DNA of 64,000 bases from positions 87,234,001 to 87,298,000 of the forward strand of contig OX597819.1 in the NCBI GenBank assembly GCA_951406725.2, written 5' to 3'. Positions 1 through 14,230 of this stretch are shown here, one piece after another. The translations under genes and the position numbers were made by a program. The notes below the pieces were generated by a model. It saw nothing but the letters and a program-made list of their open reading frames with translations, did not search any database and had not been told where the DNA came from. Each line of letters opens with the position of its first letter. The stretch's first letter is position 1. Source of the stretch: Octopus vulgaris (Eukaryota).

Positions 1-2950
1 GTTAACAATATAGAAAAGATATGTCCATATTTTTATTTAATTCTCAGTTTGGTTTTATAATGTTTAAATTCATAATACTATTAATCTCAGTAATATATAA
101 ACATTTTCCATAAACATGTAAATATTAAATAACTGCAAGCAGCTTTGAGTTATCTACGCATAACGTTTGAAATTTATTTCACTCATTTTACTTTGCGTAC
201 TCTAATTTCTGTCTGTGAAAGACTAGTTTTATGAGGCTGATTTGCTCTTTATACGTTAAACTAACCCACTGAACCATTAAATTGTATCAGATATTTACAT
301 TCATATTAATGAAAGAAAACCATTTTATATGAAAAATAAAAGTATTAAAACTGATTGCTGAACGTGACCATTCAGTTTGAATAATCCTCCATGCTGATTT
401 CTTAACTTTGCTTGCTTTTATGACACACCTGTCTTCACAATTCATTTAAAAACGTACCATATAAAGCGTCTCCTTTTATAGATATATTTTCGATAACCAG
501 TAATGTTCATCACTAATAAAATTGTGAACCGTCCTCATCCAATTCAATTTTCTTGTAAGAATAATCCACACAGGGAGTTGATACTTGCATCATTACTTCA
601 AAGCGCAATGACTTTGTTTGGAGTGATTCTGGGCTTAGATGATTCCTGAAGTGTCATCTGGTATGAGTTCCTACTCTGGATTATAGCTCCCCAGGTACGG
701 GCAAATAGCTTCACTACCTTTTGATGTAAAGACTAGGGAAGAAACACAAAATATATACCTAGAGTAGAGTCTCTAAAGCGGTCTGGTGTTCTTCCGGCAA
801 CTCCTACTGTCGAACGGGTATCCAACAAACTGCACTCCGTTATAAGACCGAAACGGATATTCAGGCATCGCCATTCCACCAGCCCAAGCTTGCATCCTAA
901 ATCAGTTACTCCAATGTCATTGTGAATAGCGGTAGTAACAGCAGGGAAGGTGATTAATCTTCACTTGAGCTGAATTTGAAATTCTGACTGACTAGTGATG
1001 CAAAGATGGATGCCAAAAAAGAAGTAATCGACAAAGAATATGAGCATAGAGTGTTGTCTCCTGATCAAGTACTACCAACTGAAAACTAAGCATCCGTGTG
1101 TCAAAAATTTTTATTGTTTTCGTTACACAGAACACGATATGCTAGGAAAAATTAATCGTGTATTGTTATGGGGATAAGGAATATTATAGAAAAACCAGTC
1201 AAGAAACGGACATCAAAATAACTACTCTATGTTAGTAGTGGGAAATATATGGTAGAAAATAGTCCTACGTATATTAAACTAATGCAAATTGATATTTTCA
1301 TTTACCCAATCCTATTTGTTTTAACGTTGGATATTCTGTTATTATAGTCCGGAACAGTTAGGAACACCGGAGACATATTAAGAAGATTGAGCGATATAAA
1401 TTCTGTATAAAATGAAGTATCATATTTTTCACTGTGAATCCTGTCTCTACAGCCCCGATAATTGAGTACCCTTCCAAATATATTTTCCATGAATTATCAG
1501 ACACCCGATTAACCTAAAGATTCAGCATGACAGATAATTTCTCCAACTTCAATTTGAATATCATGAATAATAAAATTAAGCAAATCTATAATTGATAACC
1601 AATTATAATATCGTCTAAATATCTACCATGCTAGATTCCTCCCTGTGTTAATTTATGTATTAATGTCTGAGAAAATCTTTTTACTCTCATCTACACAGTA
1701 ATTCGATAGCACTGCTGCTGCTTACAATGAGGATACTCTTTTAGAACATTGTGCTACATGGATTCATGTGCTGAGAATTAACTTTCTTGGTCACGGACAC
1801 TCATCATCTGCTCTAGTATTATATTCATCCATCAGTACTTCTAAAGAATATGAGTGAAAATGATAGTAGAAATATCAGTGGCAATAACAGAGACTGAATT
1901 TAAATGAGGGAAATAAATCGCTAAAATAAGACTTAAACATGATAGCTTCACAGTTGATAAAATAACAGTACGTATAAATAGCAGTGAATACAGATATTAA
2001 ATGAGAGTCAGCATAGATAGTGAATAGTACAACCTGAAATTGAGATAATGAGTAAAGATATAGATTGTGAGAGAGTACAGATACAAAACGAGAGTTAATA
2101 CGAATGAGTACTGCTATGGCTCGAAGGTGAAATTCTAATGCAACAATATGAGAAAGAGATATTACCAGCAACTAGAAAGTTTTACTAAATATTTTGAGCT
2201 GCTAAAAACAAGACATCCGAACAAAAAGCTATTCTTTATGAATATTTCATAGAAAATATGAATAAGTTTGAAGCATAAAAAACAAATGATACAGAATCTA
2301 AAATCAGATAATCAATGTATACATAAATGGCAAAAACATTTGTTGTATGATCTTAATTTCTATTCGTTATGCGACATCAATTCGTGTCTCTATATTTATG
2401 GCTGAGTTTATGTCCATGTGTGTATGATTTTGCAATTATTTCCTACTAATAACATATTCTATTATGATGCTAATCTCATCTTCCTCATTGATTTTCTACA
2501 GACCAATTATTATAGGGTAAACTAGTTTAGAAAACGATATTTATTTACTGACCCCTGAATGTTCTAAAGCTGTCGTAGAATTTTTAAGTTGTCAGAAAAA
2601 TACATATGGTATCGGTATAGTTACACGTTTCTAATTCGCTCAGAAATTCTAATTCGCTTTTTCTATTCGTTGCTATGAGAAAGAGATGTGCGTGTTATTT
2701 TTTTTTTTTTTTTTGTAGACACATTTAAGGATAAAGAGAATTGAGGAAGGGAAAAGGTCTAGTAATAATCCAAAACGAAACAACAGAAACCTAGAAAATT
2801 AGTGATTGACAGCGTCGGTAAATAGTAAGCACAAGCATTTCATGAAGAGAAATAATTTTGTATACAGTAAGGAAAAGTATCATTACATTGTTTTCAGCAG
2901 GGACTTTTATTAGAAGAGTAAGCCATTACAGAAATACTAAACCCTATATA

Positions 2951-3163
2951 CGAGGAGTTGCTGAAAAATTCCTGGCTTTAATGGTATCGTGAAATGTCTG
3001 ATTGGAGCCCCAACTTTCCGAGTTCTTTTACAGGACATTAAAAAGCTGAAGAACTATTGCAATAAGTGTATGAATCTGAGAGAGGAATATGTTGAATAAA
3101 AATAAAATTATCTGATCCTTCTGTATTTTCTTTTACCCAAAGCCAGGGTCTTTTCAGCACCCC
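2951..3163 (+). mobile_element. Mariner-derived MITE
   Basis: Imperfect TIRs (ttgctgaaaaattcctggcttt / aaagccagggtcttttcagca). The interior retains a mariner-like C-terminus (IKKLKNYCNKCMNLREEYVE*). Confidence 0.65.
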
Positions 3164-3852
3164 AAACCACATTCCCGTAAATTCGTAATTGTAGGAGATA
3201 AATATGTAGATTCCACCGCGGCTACCTCTACTACTACTACTACTGCAGCTGCTGCTGCTTCTATGGCATGAAGTCTAGTTGTTGCTGTTTCGTCTCAGGT
3301 TATCCCTGACCGTGTAGACCAATGGTCAAGTATGTGAATCAACCAGGATCATTCTGTCTTTTGAAGTATATTGTGGAATACAATATCCAATCTGTTCTTC
3401 CCTCGTACTTAAAAAAAAATTTCAGGATGGTAAAATGTGATTTTCAAAGATTCGGTTGCTATCTCTAGCAGCTTGATAGTTTGATGAATTATCATGTACA
3501 AAGAATTAGTTTTGTAGGGCAGTAGAAAAAATGGCATTTACGTTGTGAACAACAGACGGATATCGGTGTTAGAAACTTGACAACAAATGGGTAGGGATCA
3601 ATAGTTTAATAAGTGATTTAAACTGTTGCATTGTAAGCACTGTTAAACACAAGAAAATAATCATTAGAGAGAGTGTGAGAAGAATAAGGCTTATCGAAGA
3701 GTTAATATTTGGTTGAATGTAGTACAATTTCAGAGCATCAAGGGATATTAATTTTGCTCTAGAACATATTAACGAAATGGAAGAAAATAAATCTTTGATT
3801 ATGTTGGTACATACATACATACATACATACATACATACATACATACATACAT

Positions 3853-3957
<105 letters not shown>

Positions 3958-4122
3958 TATAAGTGGGATGACCACTAAGTGGACATCCATTATGCTAGAT
4001 GTGTATCCCGTATGGTCTGACCACTAAGAAAAGATTGTTCTCAAGGAAATTTAGCAAACGCCAGAACGTAAGCGAGCAAGACAAATGAAAAGATACAAAA
4101 TATTTGAATCATATATATATAT

Positions 4123-4183
<61 letters not shown>

Positions 4184-4187
<4 letters not shown>

Positions 4188-4701
4188 GCTGAGTAGAAAG
4201 TAAGCAACGTTTTGAAACATGAAATTCATCACAAAACATTTCAACAATGCGGAAATTTTATTCATCAAGGTACCATTAATCAACACATTTTTGCCAACTA
4301 GTTACAAGTTTGTTCATTCCGGTAGACATTTCACCAACTCCTCCTCAGACAACATGTCTGAATAGCTAATTCTCTTCATTTTAACAGCGTTTCTTCCTTC
4401 AAACAAGGGGGGACAGCGTTAACAAAACTGCTGCAAGGCAGTAAAAACAAGTGTCTCAAGACACAAAATTAATAACAAATACAACTTTGACTAACCTTTC
4501 TCACAAACAAAATTCACGATCAACTCATTCAGAGATGATTGGAACAAGGGTGAAAAAATATCAATGTTAATTTATTGATGCATTTGAGTAAGTCTATGTC
4601 TGTATTATTAGACAATTGCAAAAAGATGTTTTAAAAAATTCAAAACTGCAAAAATCCTGTACAAATTCTTCATGGTTCAAAACGGTACTTACTCAACCTG
4701 A
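4184..4701. mobile_element. Tc1/mariner-type non-autonomous element in a (TA)n tract
   Basis: TIRs tcaggctgagtagaaagtaagcaacgttttgaaacatg / catggttcaaaacggtacttactcaacctga, with TA on both sides. Confidence 0.7.
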
Positions 4702-4725
4702 TATATATGTGTATATATATATCTA

Positions 4726-5312
4726 TACCTAAATTTCCAAAATTCGTAAATGTTTAAAATATTTACTTATATACCAAACTATTTTTAACAATATTTTTTG
4801 TTTATCAATGGTAAAAGTTTAAAATTAGAAAAAAAACCATCTTTAAAAGTTTCAATGTTGACAAATTAAAATGTTTCAATGTTGATAAATTAAAATGTTC
4901 AAAACAGAAGGTGTAAGTTTGAATGTTCATAGCAGTCAATAAAATTAAAGCTGTTTATCAATTTGTTTGAATGTACAAAGTTCATTAATTTTAGCGGTGG
5001 TCGACAAGTCATACTGAAAAGGCAAGTGTTAAATGAAATAGTAAAAGAATGGGAATATGGTTTACAGTTTTTCTGATCCTCTTCTAATAGACGCTTTCGC
5101 TTGTAGTGGTATGTTTATCAACATTGAAACATTTGTAGTGGTATGTTTATCAACATTTAAACATTTTAATTTGTCAACATTGAAACTTTTAAAGATGTTT
5201 TTCCTAATTTTAAACTTTTACCATTGATAAGCAAAAAATATTGTTGAACCTAGTTTGGTATATATGTATATAAATGTATTTTAAACATTTAAGAGTTTTA
5301 GAAATTTAGGTG
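4726..5312. repeat. Long imperfect inverted repeat (~160-bp arms)
   Basis: 4726-4890 is the reverse complement of ~5145-5312. Confidence 0.75.
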
Positions 5313-5513
5313 CATTTTCAACACATTTTCCTATATTTTTTCCTGCGTGTGAATGTATTATACATGGGGATATTCATGTATGCATGTGTGTATGTGTGTA
5401 TGTGTATATATATGTATATATATATATATATATGTATGTATATGCATGTGTGTGTGTAGGTGTGCACATATATGTATGTATATACATATATATAATTTCA
5501 GTAAAACAATTTT

Positions 5514-6312
5514 TGAAGGCTTCGAATGTCCCGTCCGTGTTTTTTTGTGTCGTCATCAAAATGTTTTGCGTTCTTGTCCCAGTTTGTATTTTTTATACAT
5601 ATATATATATCGGCGTACGTACCCTCTCCCTTATATGTAATTACACATTTCTCTAAACTCGGTACGACTCAACACTGTCTCTCTCCCCCTCTCCCATATT
5701 CCTTTGCCTTTCTTTGCACTTCACTTTGTCTCTGTCCCTTTTTCTCGCTCTCTCTCTTCTCCTCCTCCTTAATTCCTTGTTCCTCTTTTTCTCTCTCTTC
5801 TCTCCCTCTTTGATTCCTCTGTCCCTCTTTTCCTCTCTCTTCTCTTCACACGTGACTGACTGACCGACTGCTGGCCTTTCGGGTCTAGCAGCCGTCATAG
5901 TAACACCAACATCTTTTTTCTCTGCCCCAAGGCACATTCCTAACACGCCAGCTGAGCTTAATTCGTCCTAGTCGAAAGACGCCTGTTCGTGATGTCCTGT
6001 TATTGTTATTAATATTATTATTATTGTTTTTACGTATTATTTTTGTATTCATATTCGTGTAACATCGTCCGTTTTTCTGTCCTTGTTGTGTATACATTCG
6101 AGACTTTCTTCCAGGGAATCTAATGCGCTTAGCTTGGTTTTTCCTTGGGGCTGGCCGGATTGGAGCAATCCCAAGATTAATCAGCCGAAATTGCGAGGAT
6201 GATCCGGTTCTTGACTGAAGATTGAAGGCTTCGAATGAATGTCCCGTCCGTGTTTTTTGTGTCGTCATCAAAATGTTTTGCGTTCTTGTCCCAGTTTGTA
6301 TTTTTTATACAT
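5514..6312 (+). repeat. Element with ~85-bp terminal direct repeats around a pyrimidine tract (probable Penelope-like pseudo-LTR remnant)
   Basis: ttgaaggcttcgaatg...gtcccagtttgtattttttatacat occurs at 5514-5600 and 6221-6312. Both copies are followed by (TA)n. Confidence 0.55.
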
Positions 6313-6314
6313 AC

Positions 6315-6372
<58 letters not shown>

Positions 6373-6540
6373 AAGGAAAAAATCAAGTAGAAGAAGATGA
6401 AGAAGACGAAAATGCGGGAGTGATATGATAGTAGTAGGATGTTAAATAGTCAAGTGACATAAAAGCATCTAGTTGCGGATTATAGTAGTGGTTAAGACTG
6501 TTTTTAATGAACTCTTGGGTATCTCTTTTGAATGTATCAT

Positions 6541-6848
6541 TTTTAATATTTGCGTGTGTATTACTCTAAGGTCGTGGTGGATATGTCATTTATTGTAGAT
6601 GCGTTCAAAAGGAGTCTGTATTTTGTGATAAAGAACGACTCTTTACCAATTCGTTGGCTACAAATTGTATCGTCCCTGAATTGATAGAGGGGAAAAATGT
6701 TTTTGGCGCAAATGTTGATGTGTTGGCTGAATGCTATTTTTCTGTTTTTCAGAATTTGGATCCGGGATCTGTGCAGAGCCAGCCTTTGACGTAGAATGTA
6801 TTTTGCTTGGCCTATGTATTGCTCTTGACACCCAGAGCAGGATAGTGC

Positions 6849-6896
<48 letters not shown>

Positions 6897-7280
6897 GCAC
6901 TATCCTGCTCTGGGTGTCAAGAGCAATACATAGGCCAAGCAAAATACATTCTATATATATATATATACACGCACTATCCTGCTCTGGGTGTCAAGAGCAA
7001 TACATAGGCCAAGCAAAATACATTCTACGTCAAAGGCTGGCTCTGCACAGATCCCGGATCCAAATTCTGAAAAACAGAAAAATAGCATTCAGCCAACACA
7101 TCAACATTTGCGCCAAAAACATTTTTCCCCTCTATCAATTCAGGGATGATACAATTTGTAGCCAACGAATTGGTAAAGAGTCGTTCTTTATTACAAAATA
7201 CAGACTCCTTTTGAACGCATCTACAATAAATGACATATCCACCACGACCTTAGAGTAATACACACGCAAATATTAAAAAT
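6541..7280. mobile_element. Palindromic pair of Penelope-like GIY-YIG endonuclease 3' fragments centred on (TA)n
   Basis: The same peptide HALSCSGCQEQYIGQAKYILRQRLALH...ESFFITKY is encoded on both strands. Arms are ~6541-6852 and ~6967-7280, with an extra partial copy at 6894-6951. Confidence 0.85.
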
Positions 7281-7285
7281 ATAGG

Positions 7286-7340
<55 letters not shown>

Positions 7341-7813
7341 ATAAGTATTAAGTTGGCTAGAAGCAATTTAAAACCAAGAGGGGAAAATTAAATCGTAATT
7401 AAAAGTGACTAACGGTGAAAGTATGCACCAACATTGCTAGAAATACGAGTCAAAGAACTCTTAGCCAGGAGCAGAGTACAACAATAGGATAATCGATTAG
7501 AAGAACTCACGGGTACCATTTTTACAATTTTTTCTTATTCTGCCTCTAGAATTTTTTTGAAGTACTAATTAATCAATATCCTTTATATGGTTAGTTGCTC
7601 AAGAAATAGAAATGGTTTGATTGAAGAGTTGCTAGTAAAAACGTTTGTATGAACAATATGAGTGAACTTAGATGAGAACAACGATAAAGCAGCATGTAGC
7701 TATTTTTGTCATTTATTATTATTTATGAGAATTGATTTTGTCATAGGATCATAATGCAAATGATAAAACCAAATTGCAGGAATAGCGTTAGAAATATGTC
7801 AGTTTGTGTGTGT

Positions 7814-7858
<45 letters not shown>

Positions 7859-7904
7859 TGTGCGTGCGTGCATATATGTGTGTATACGCGAGTGCATGCG
7901 CGAA

Positions 7905-8635
7905 GGTGTATATGGATTCTCAGATCACGTACCAATTCTGGGAATGCACATGAATATTGATGTCATATTCTATGTGCATATTGCCAGAATGGCAACACTG
8001 CGCAGGCGAGTAGCTAGATGGATTATTTAGAACCAGAAATAAAGATACCTTGCTACACCTATGGAGGACATTTGTCCTCAGTCGTTTGGATAATTGATCC
8101 TAGTTGTGGTCGCTGCAGAGCGTCAAATTGGTAGCGGAACTTGAGGCAATCCAGCGTCACTATACTCATAATGAGCTGCCGGGAGAGGCTACAAGAACTG
8201 AAGCTCTACTCCATGAAGAGGAGTCGAGAAAGGTACGCAGTGACATGTATAGGGAAGATCCTGGAAGGTCTTGCTCTCAACTTTGGAATTAAATGCTGTA
8301 CTAACCACCAAACTGGACGGCACTACATAATACCAATGATACCGCCTTCTTCATCTCAGATAAGCACCCAGTATTACAACAGCTTGGGTTTCAGAGTACC
8401 ACAACTGTTTAACATCCTACCAAGGAAACTAAGAGATCTGCAAGGTATAGGTGTGGAAACCTTCAAAAGGGAACTGGACAAATTTCTATCAGAAATCCCA
8501 AATGAAATCACATTGCGGCAAAAAGCACAAGGAAGAGTAGGTTCATCCAGCTCGTTTGTTCAACAAAAACAGTACTGAAAAGCGATGTTCCACCAAGGCC
8601 TCAGCGACTGGCTGAAACCAGTAAAAGAATGAAAG
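7905..8635 (+). mobile_element. Degenerate CR1-group LINE 3' fragment
   Basis: Frameshifted homology to the 15571-16797 RT C-terminus (ERLQELKLYS..LGFRVPQLFNILP), plus a related 3' terminus (ggctgaaaccagtaaaag). Confidence 0.8.
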
Positions 8636-9211
8636 GTTACATTGTCGCAAGGAGGTACATGTTCACGCAAAGAAGATTCAATCAGAATGTGTGGAGAATA
8701 CTTATTTCTCCCAGCACTTATATACCCTCTCATACTGTGCCTTCCATACCGTGTCACCATGTACTTCCTTGCGACAATGTAGCCTTTAATCCAATCAAGA
8801 TATCCTTGCCCTCAAGAGTAGCCGGCGGTATACACCTCGCTTGGATTTTACCACTTACGAGGTTTCACTCGCTATGAAACATGCAACCCGGATTTTTCCT
8901 ACTTCATCCCGTAACTCTTGAATTTTTTTTCGCACATTCCTGGTTGCCTACCGTGGAATATAAAAAGAAATTTTTTCTGCTCATCGTTCTTCGATAAAGA
9001 AATGTAATCCGCATTCTTCCGTCTCAATAAACCACTTAATTGTTTTTATATATTTAATACGGATTGCTCGAAGCAAACTTTCTTTCTACATCTTGATTCC
9101 TGAATCTTACATTTACATACATATATACATGAATACATACATACATATATATGTATATCTATCTATCTATATATATATCAAATAAAATCAAAAACAGAAT
9201 ACAAAGGATAT

Positions 9212-9305
9212 CGCGGTACACGTGTTTCAAGCTTTATAAACGACCCCTTTCTTACATCAGTGTATAATTGATATAAAAGATGGTTTAAAGCTCTCTTCAG
9301 CCACA
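9212..9305 (-). ncRNA. Type-I hammerhead ribozyme motif (family A)
   Basis: Minus strand reads UGUGG-CUGAAGA-GAGCUUUA...UAAAGCUU-GAAA-CACGUG-UA-CCGCG. Confidence 0.8.
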
Positions 9306-9584
9306 AACATTGTTATTCCACTTGTAGTTACTTAATGACAGACCTATTGGATTTGTCATAGATAGATCAAATAAACCCCCGTTTTTTAAAAAAATAGTAT
9401 ATTAAATTATATTGATTATTAAATATTAAATTACTAAATTAAAACTGTTATGTACCCAAAAACAAGATAGACACTTATAAGATCTAATGTATGTGTGTAT
9501 ATACATGAATCTATGGGTGTGAATGTATTATACATGGGGATATTTATGTATGCATGTGTGTAGGTGTGTATGTGTATATATATG

Positions 9585-9657
<73 letters not shown>

Positions 9658-9691
9658 GCATGTGTGTAGGTGTGCACATATATGTATGTAT

Positions 9692-9754
<63 letters not shown>

Positions 9755-9888
9755 CAGTAAAACAATTAAGATTCAAGTGAATTCCAATGAATTCAAATGA
9801 ATGCGGTACTTAACTTAGATGCACCAGAAATCTTTATGGTATTAACCATAAAATAATGTGGGGTGATTATAAACAAGAATGGATTAGT

Positions 9889-9981
9889 TGTTAAGTACAA
9901 TTGTTTCATACGAAGAACAGTTTTATTTAAAGCTGCAAATATTGCAGCAAATACAAATGTCCCGTATTCATCAGCCAAAAC
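9889..9981 (-). ncRNA. Type-I hammerhead ribozyme motif (family B, left arm of inverted repeat)
   Basis: Minus strand reads UUUUGG-CUGAUGA-AUACG...CGUAU-GAAA-CAAUUG-UA-CUUAAC. Confidence 0.75.
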
Positions 9982-10202
9982 ACATATGAGTTTTCCAAAC
10001 ATCCTAAGGAGTGAGGCTACCCTCATGAAGTATCGAAGAGAGTTCTATGAAATTCAAAGTTAGATTGTAAGCAGACTTAAAATGTTTTCTAATGATGCAC
10101 AGTTTTATAAAAGGTTTTTAAATTATTGTTAACTTCTCAGAGAAGGTAAATCCATTCATGAGGGTAGCCTCACTCCCTAGGATGTTTGGAAAACTCATAT
10201 GT

Positions 10203-10294
10203 GTTTTGGCTGATGAATACGGGACATTTGTATTTGCTGCCATATTTGCAGCTTTAAATAAAACTGCTCTTCGTATGAAACAATTGTACTGAAC
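10203..10294 (+). ncRNA. Type-I hammerhead ribozyme motif (family B, right arm)
   Basis: gttttgg-CTGATGA-ATACG...CGTAT-GAAA-CAATTG-TA-ctgaac. The core is intact. Confidence 0.8.
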
Positions 10295-10323
10295 AACTAA
10301 TCCATTCTTGTTGCTTTTTTTCT

Positions 10324-10384
<61 letters not shown>

Positions 10385-11024
10385 GTGTCTCTGCCGTTCT
10401 CAACAAGCGTTCGTAATATTTTCTCTCGTTTGGCTTAGCAGCCCTCATTGTCTGTGTTACTGTTGTTATCTTTGCCCTGTCTTTTACTGTTTATAATTTG
10501 TACTGTCTTTACTGTCCTGTTTTTGTTACCATTTTTACCCCTCCGCAAAAAATCTCAAATTTTATTTAATTTGCTTTTTGCGGGAAGGAATGTTTCACCG
10601 AAGTCGTGTCTCACCTTGACCTTCGAAACGGGGAGTAGATGAAACAGAGGCGACTGAAGAAGGGGAATTTTCCGTGTGTTGTATGTCCTGTACTCTATTT
10701 TTTTCGTTGTTCAAGAAAAATGTCCATTTCCTTGGTTTTGTGTTTGTTTTCGTTTCTCATTGTGTTCGACGTTTTTTGTTTGGTATCCTGTACCCATATA
10801 TGCATGTATATATACATGTAGATGTAGGTACGTACATATATGTATGTATATATGCATGTTTTATTTATTAATTTGTTATTATATATATATTATATATATA
10901 CATATATATATAGAGAGAGATATGGATATATATGTGTGTATATGTATGTGTATATGCATATGTATGTATATATATATATATATATCTGTGTGTGAGGGGG
11001 TGTATATGATGTATGTATATGTAC

Positions 11025-11079
<55 letters not shown>

Positions 11080-12084
11080 TGTATATGTGTATAAAGATAT
11101 ATGTGTGTGGGTGTGTGGGTGTATAGATATCTGTATCTGTACATATGATTAGTAGTGTATGTATATATTTACTAGGGTTTAACTGTAGATATGTGTAGAT
11201 ATATGTGTGTAATTCCATATTTTAATGCTGTGTATTTCACGCTGTGCTGTATGAGACACACTTATGTATTTGTGCACCAGTAAGTATATACACACACACA
11301 TATACTATAAATTTATAAAGCTAGTAACTTGTAGTGGCGGATTTGTGTAAACTGACCACTCACCACAACGATATCAAATTTCAACCTCGAAACTAAGAAG
11401 TGATTTATGACCATTACCAAAATCGTATTCAAAGCCAAAATCGTATTGTCAACATCTTATCTCTTTATCTCTTACTCTACCTTATAATCTCAATTCTTTT
11501 ATTATTATTTTTATATTTTTTGTTACTTTATCCGTTTTGTTGGCTAATTCTTATTTATATGTGGTTATAACTTTATTATCCTTATTTTTACTTTTATTGC
11601 GTTTTTTTTATTCTATTACCCTTGTCTTTTGCTTCCATTGTCTTTTACATCAAGTGACCCTGCCCCTTATTCCTTATTTTAACGTTATTTTTTAACGTTT
11701 ATTTCTTTCTCTCTATTTTTACTCTCTTTTTGTTCTCTCTATTTTTCTCTCTTTTCCTCTGTATTCTCTTTTCTTTTCTTTCCTTTTCCTTTATTTCTTT
11801 TTTCTTTCTTTCTATCTTTTTCTTTCTATTTCTTTCCTTCCTATCTTTACAAGGGAAGTGAATATAAACACATTCCAATCTATTTAACATTCCCTCTATG
11901 TTGTCTGGTGATACAGTATGGGCAGATTTTCAAAATCCAATGAATCTTTATACAGTTATACAGTTACGAAATTTTACAAATGCACTTTCTCAAGGAGATA
12001 TGATATATCTATTATAATGGGTAATACTACATGTATCTTTCATATTTTTTATAGTGTGATGTAACTCTTTGGAATAACAATGTT

Positions 12085-12162
12085 TGTGGCTGTAGAGAGC
12101 TTTAAACTATCTTTTATATCAATTATACACTGATGTAAAAAGCTTGAAACACGTGTACCGCG
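12085..12162 (+). ncRNA. Type-I hammerhead ribozyme motif (family A, core variant CUGUAGA)
   Basis: tgtgg-CTGTAGA-gagcttt...aaagctt-GAAA-CACGTG-TA-ccgcg. It is an inverted copy of 9212-9305. Confidence 0.65.
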
Positions 12163-12514
12163 ATATCCTTTGTGTTCTGTTTTTGATTTTATTTGATATT
12201 TTCCCTCTCACCTCTGCCACTATCTGGCATATACAGGTGCTTACACCTATCAAATATTCACCCTAAATTTACAAACACGCATTGGGTCGAAACAGGGGCA
12301 GCTGATGAAGGGGAATTTTCCTTGTATTGTTTGTCTTGTACTCTGTTTTTTCGTTGTTAAAAAAAGTCTGTTTCCTTGTTTGATTTTATGTTTTCGTTTC
12401 TCGTTGTGTTCTACGTTTATTTGTGGTGTCCTGTACTCACATATGCATGTAAATATACATATAGATGTAGGTATGTACATATATGTATGTATGCATATGT
12501 TTTATTTATTAAAT

Positions 12515-12551
<37 letters not shown>

Positions 12552-12567
12552 TATATATAAGCATACC

Positions 12568-12611
<44 letters not shown>

Positions 12612-12757
12612 TTTCACGATTAATGACTTTTAAAGAGTTATTACATTTCTTGTGAATATGAGAAAACGCTGCTTCACTAATCAGTTCTCTAGGAATGTAA
12701 CTGAAAGGCAGTAAGAGTCACTTATAAAATAATGAGCATAACCATTACATGGAGTAT

Positions 12758-12796
<39 letters not shown>

Positions 12797-13075
12797 TCAG
12801 TAGTTCATATATCCGAAAAGAAGCACAAGATTTCCTGTATGCCGACTAGGGGAAAGCAAGAAACTATGCTACGTTGACCCGTTTTAGACGCAACTGCAAC
12901 CAATCTAAGGTGGACAACTCCACCTCACCCACATTAACTGCCAGTAAAATTTAGTTCAGGATTTTTTTTTTTACAACTTTAACTGGCCATAAGGTTTTCA
13001 TTACTCCAGCTGTAGAGAGATTCTACACCTCCGGCCAACGAGTCTGAAGACTCGCCTATACAACCAAGAGCATTA

Positions 13076-13110
<35 letters not shown>

Positions 13111-13122
13111 ATACATGCATAC

Positions 13123-13154
<32 letters not shown>

Positions 13155-14047
13155 CCTTTAAGTTCGTTTACGGGAAACGTTTTGAATATGCATCTAAAGA
13201 TCCTATTCTATTATGCCGGCTATAAATAACCTAATGATGTCAAATCTATGATCTTGAGAAAGATGAGATTTGTGGAAACGCACGTAGAGATGCATTAAAA
13301 TAATAATAAATTCCATCTAAGGATTATTATTATTATTATTGGTCTGTGTGTGTGTGCGTGTGTGTACATACATACACATTTACAAACAAATATCTCGGAC
13401 TGCGATAGAAACGAGCGTACATATTCGTGTACATTTACGTACATATACAAACTGATACAAGTTTGAAGTATGATACAATAAAGTATTAAGAGCCAGTAGA
13501 TTCAAAGATAAACTCATATATATCCATTTTATTCTAAGAGACGCTACACTATCAGCTAGTCTGCAGCTCTTTTTTTCATAAATGTTAAGTTTAACATTTC
13601 TAAAAATACTTAACTTTTAAGGATAAATATTTTCCAATCACATACTGCCAGATATTGTTGTGGGACAACAAAGAAAAGATATGTTCTATTATGGAAATCA
13701 GATAGTCTCCTGGACACCAATGTAGTTAGAAAAGTACAAAAGTACAAGAGAAAGAGTACATCTAAGGACCATTGATAAGGTGTTTGCAAATCCAGTGCCC
13801 AATATACACTTTCAGCTTCATACCTATTGTCATTGGAGCAAAGCATGGCTGAATTTGGATCCCTGGGAAGAGAACGCAAATCCTTAATTCATAAACTTCA
13901 AATGATTACGATATCTGAGACTACAAAAAGATTTAAAGGATGATGAACAAAACAACGTTCTTTCTTGCACAGACCTTGTTAAAATGCATTCTAAATTTAA
14001 AAAGAGAAAGAGACCATACATACGTATTTACACACAAACATAAATAC

Positions 14048-14230
<183 letters not shown>

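Noticed and set aside
12286-12330. GAAAC...CTGATGAAGGGGAATTTTCCTT (also ~10640-10675) as a hammerhead
   Set aside because: No GAAA follows the putative stem II, and the spacing is too short for a permuted type.
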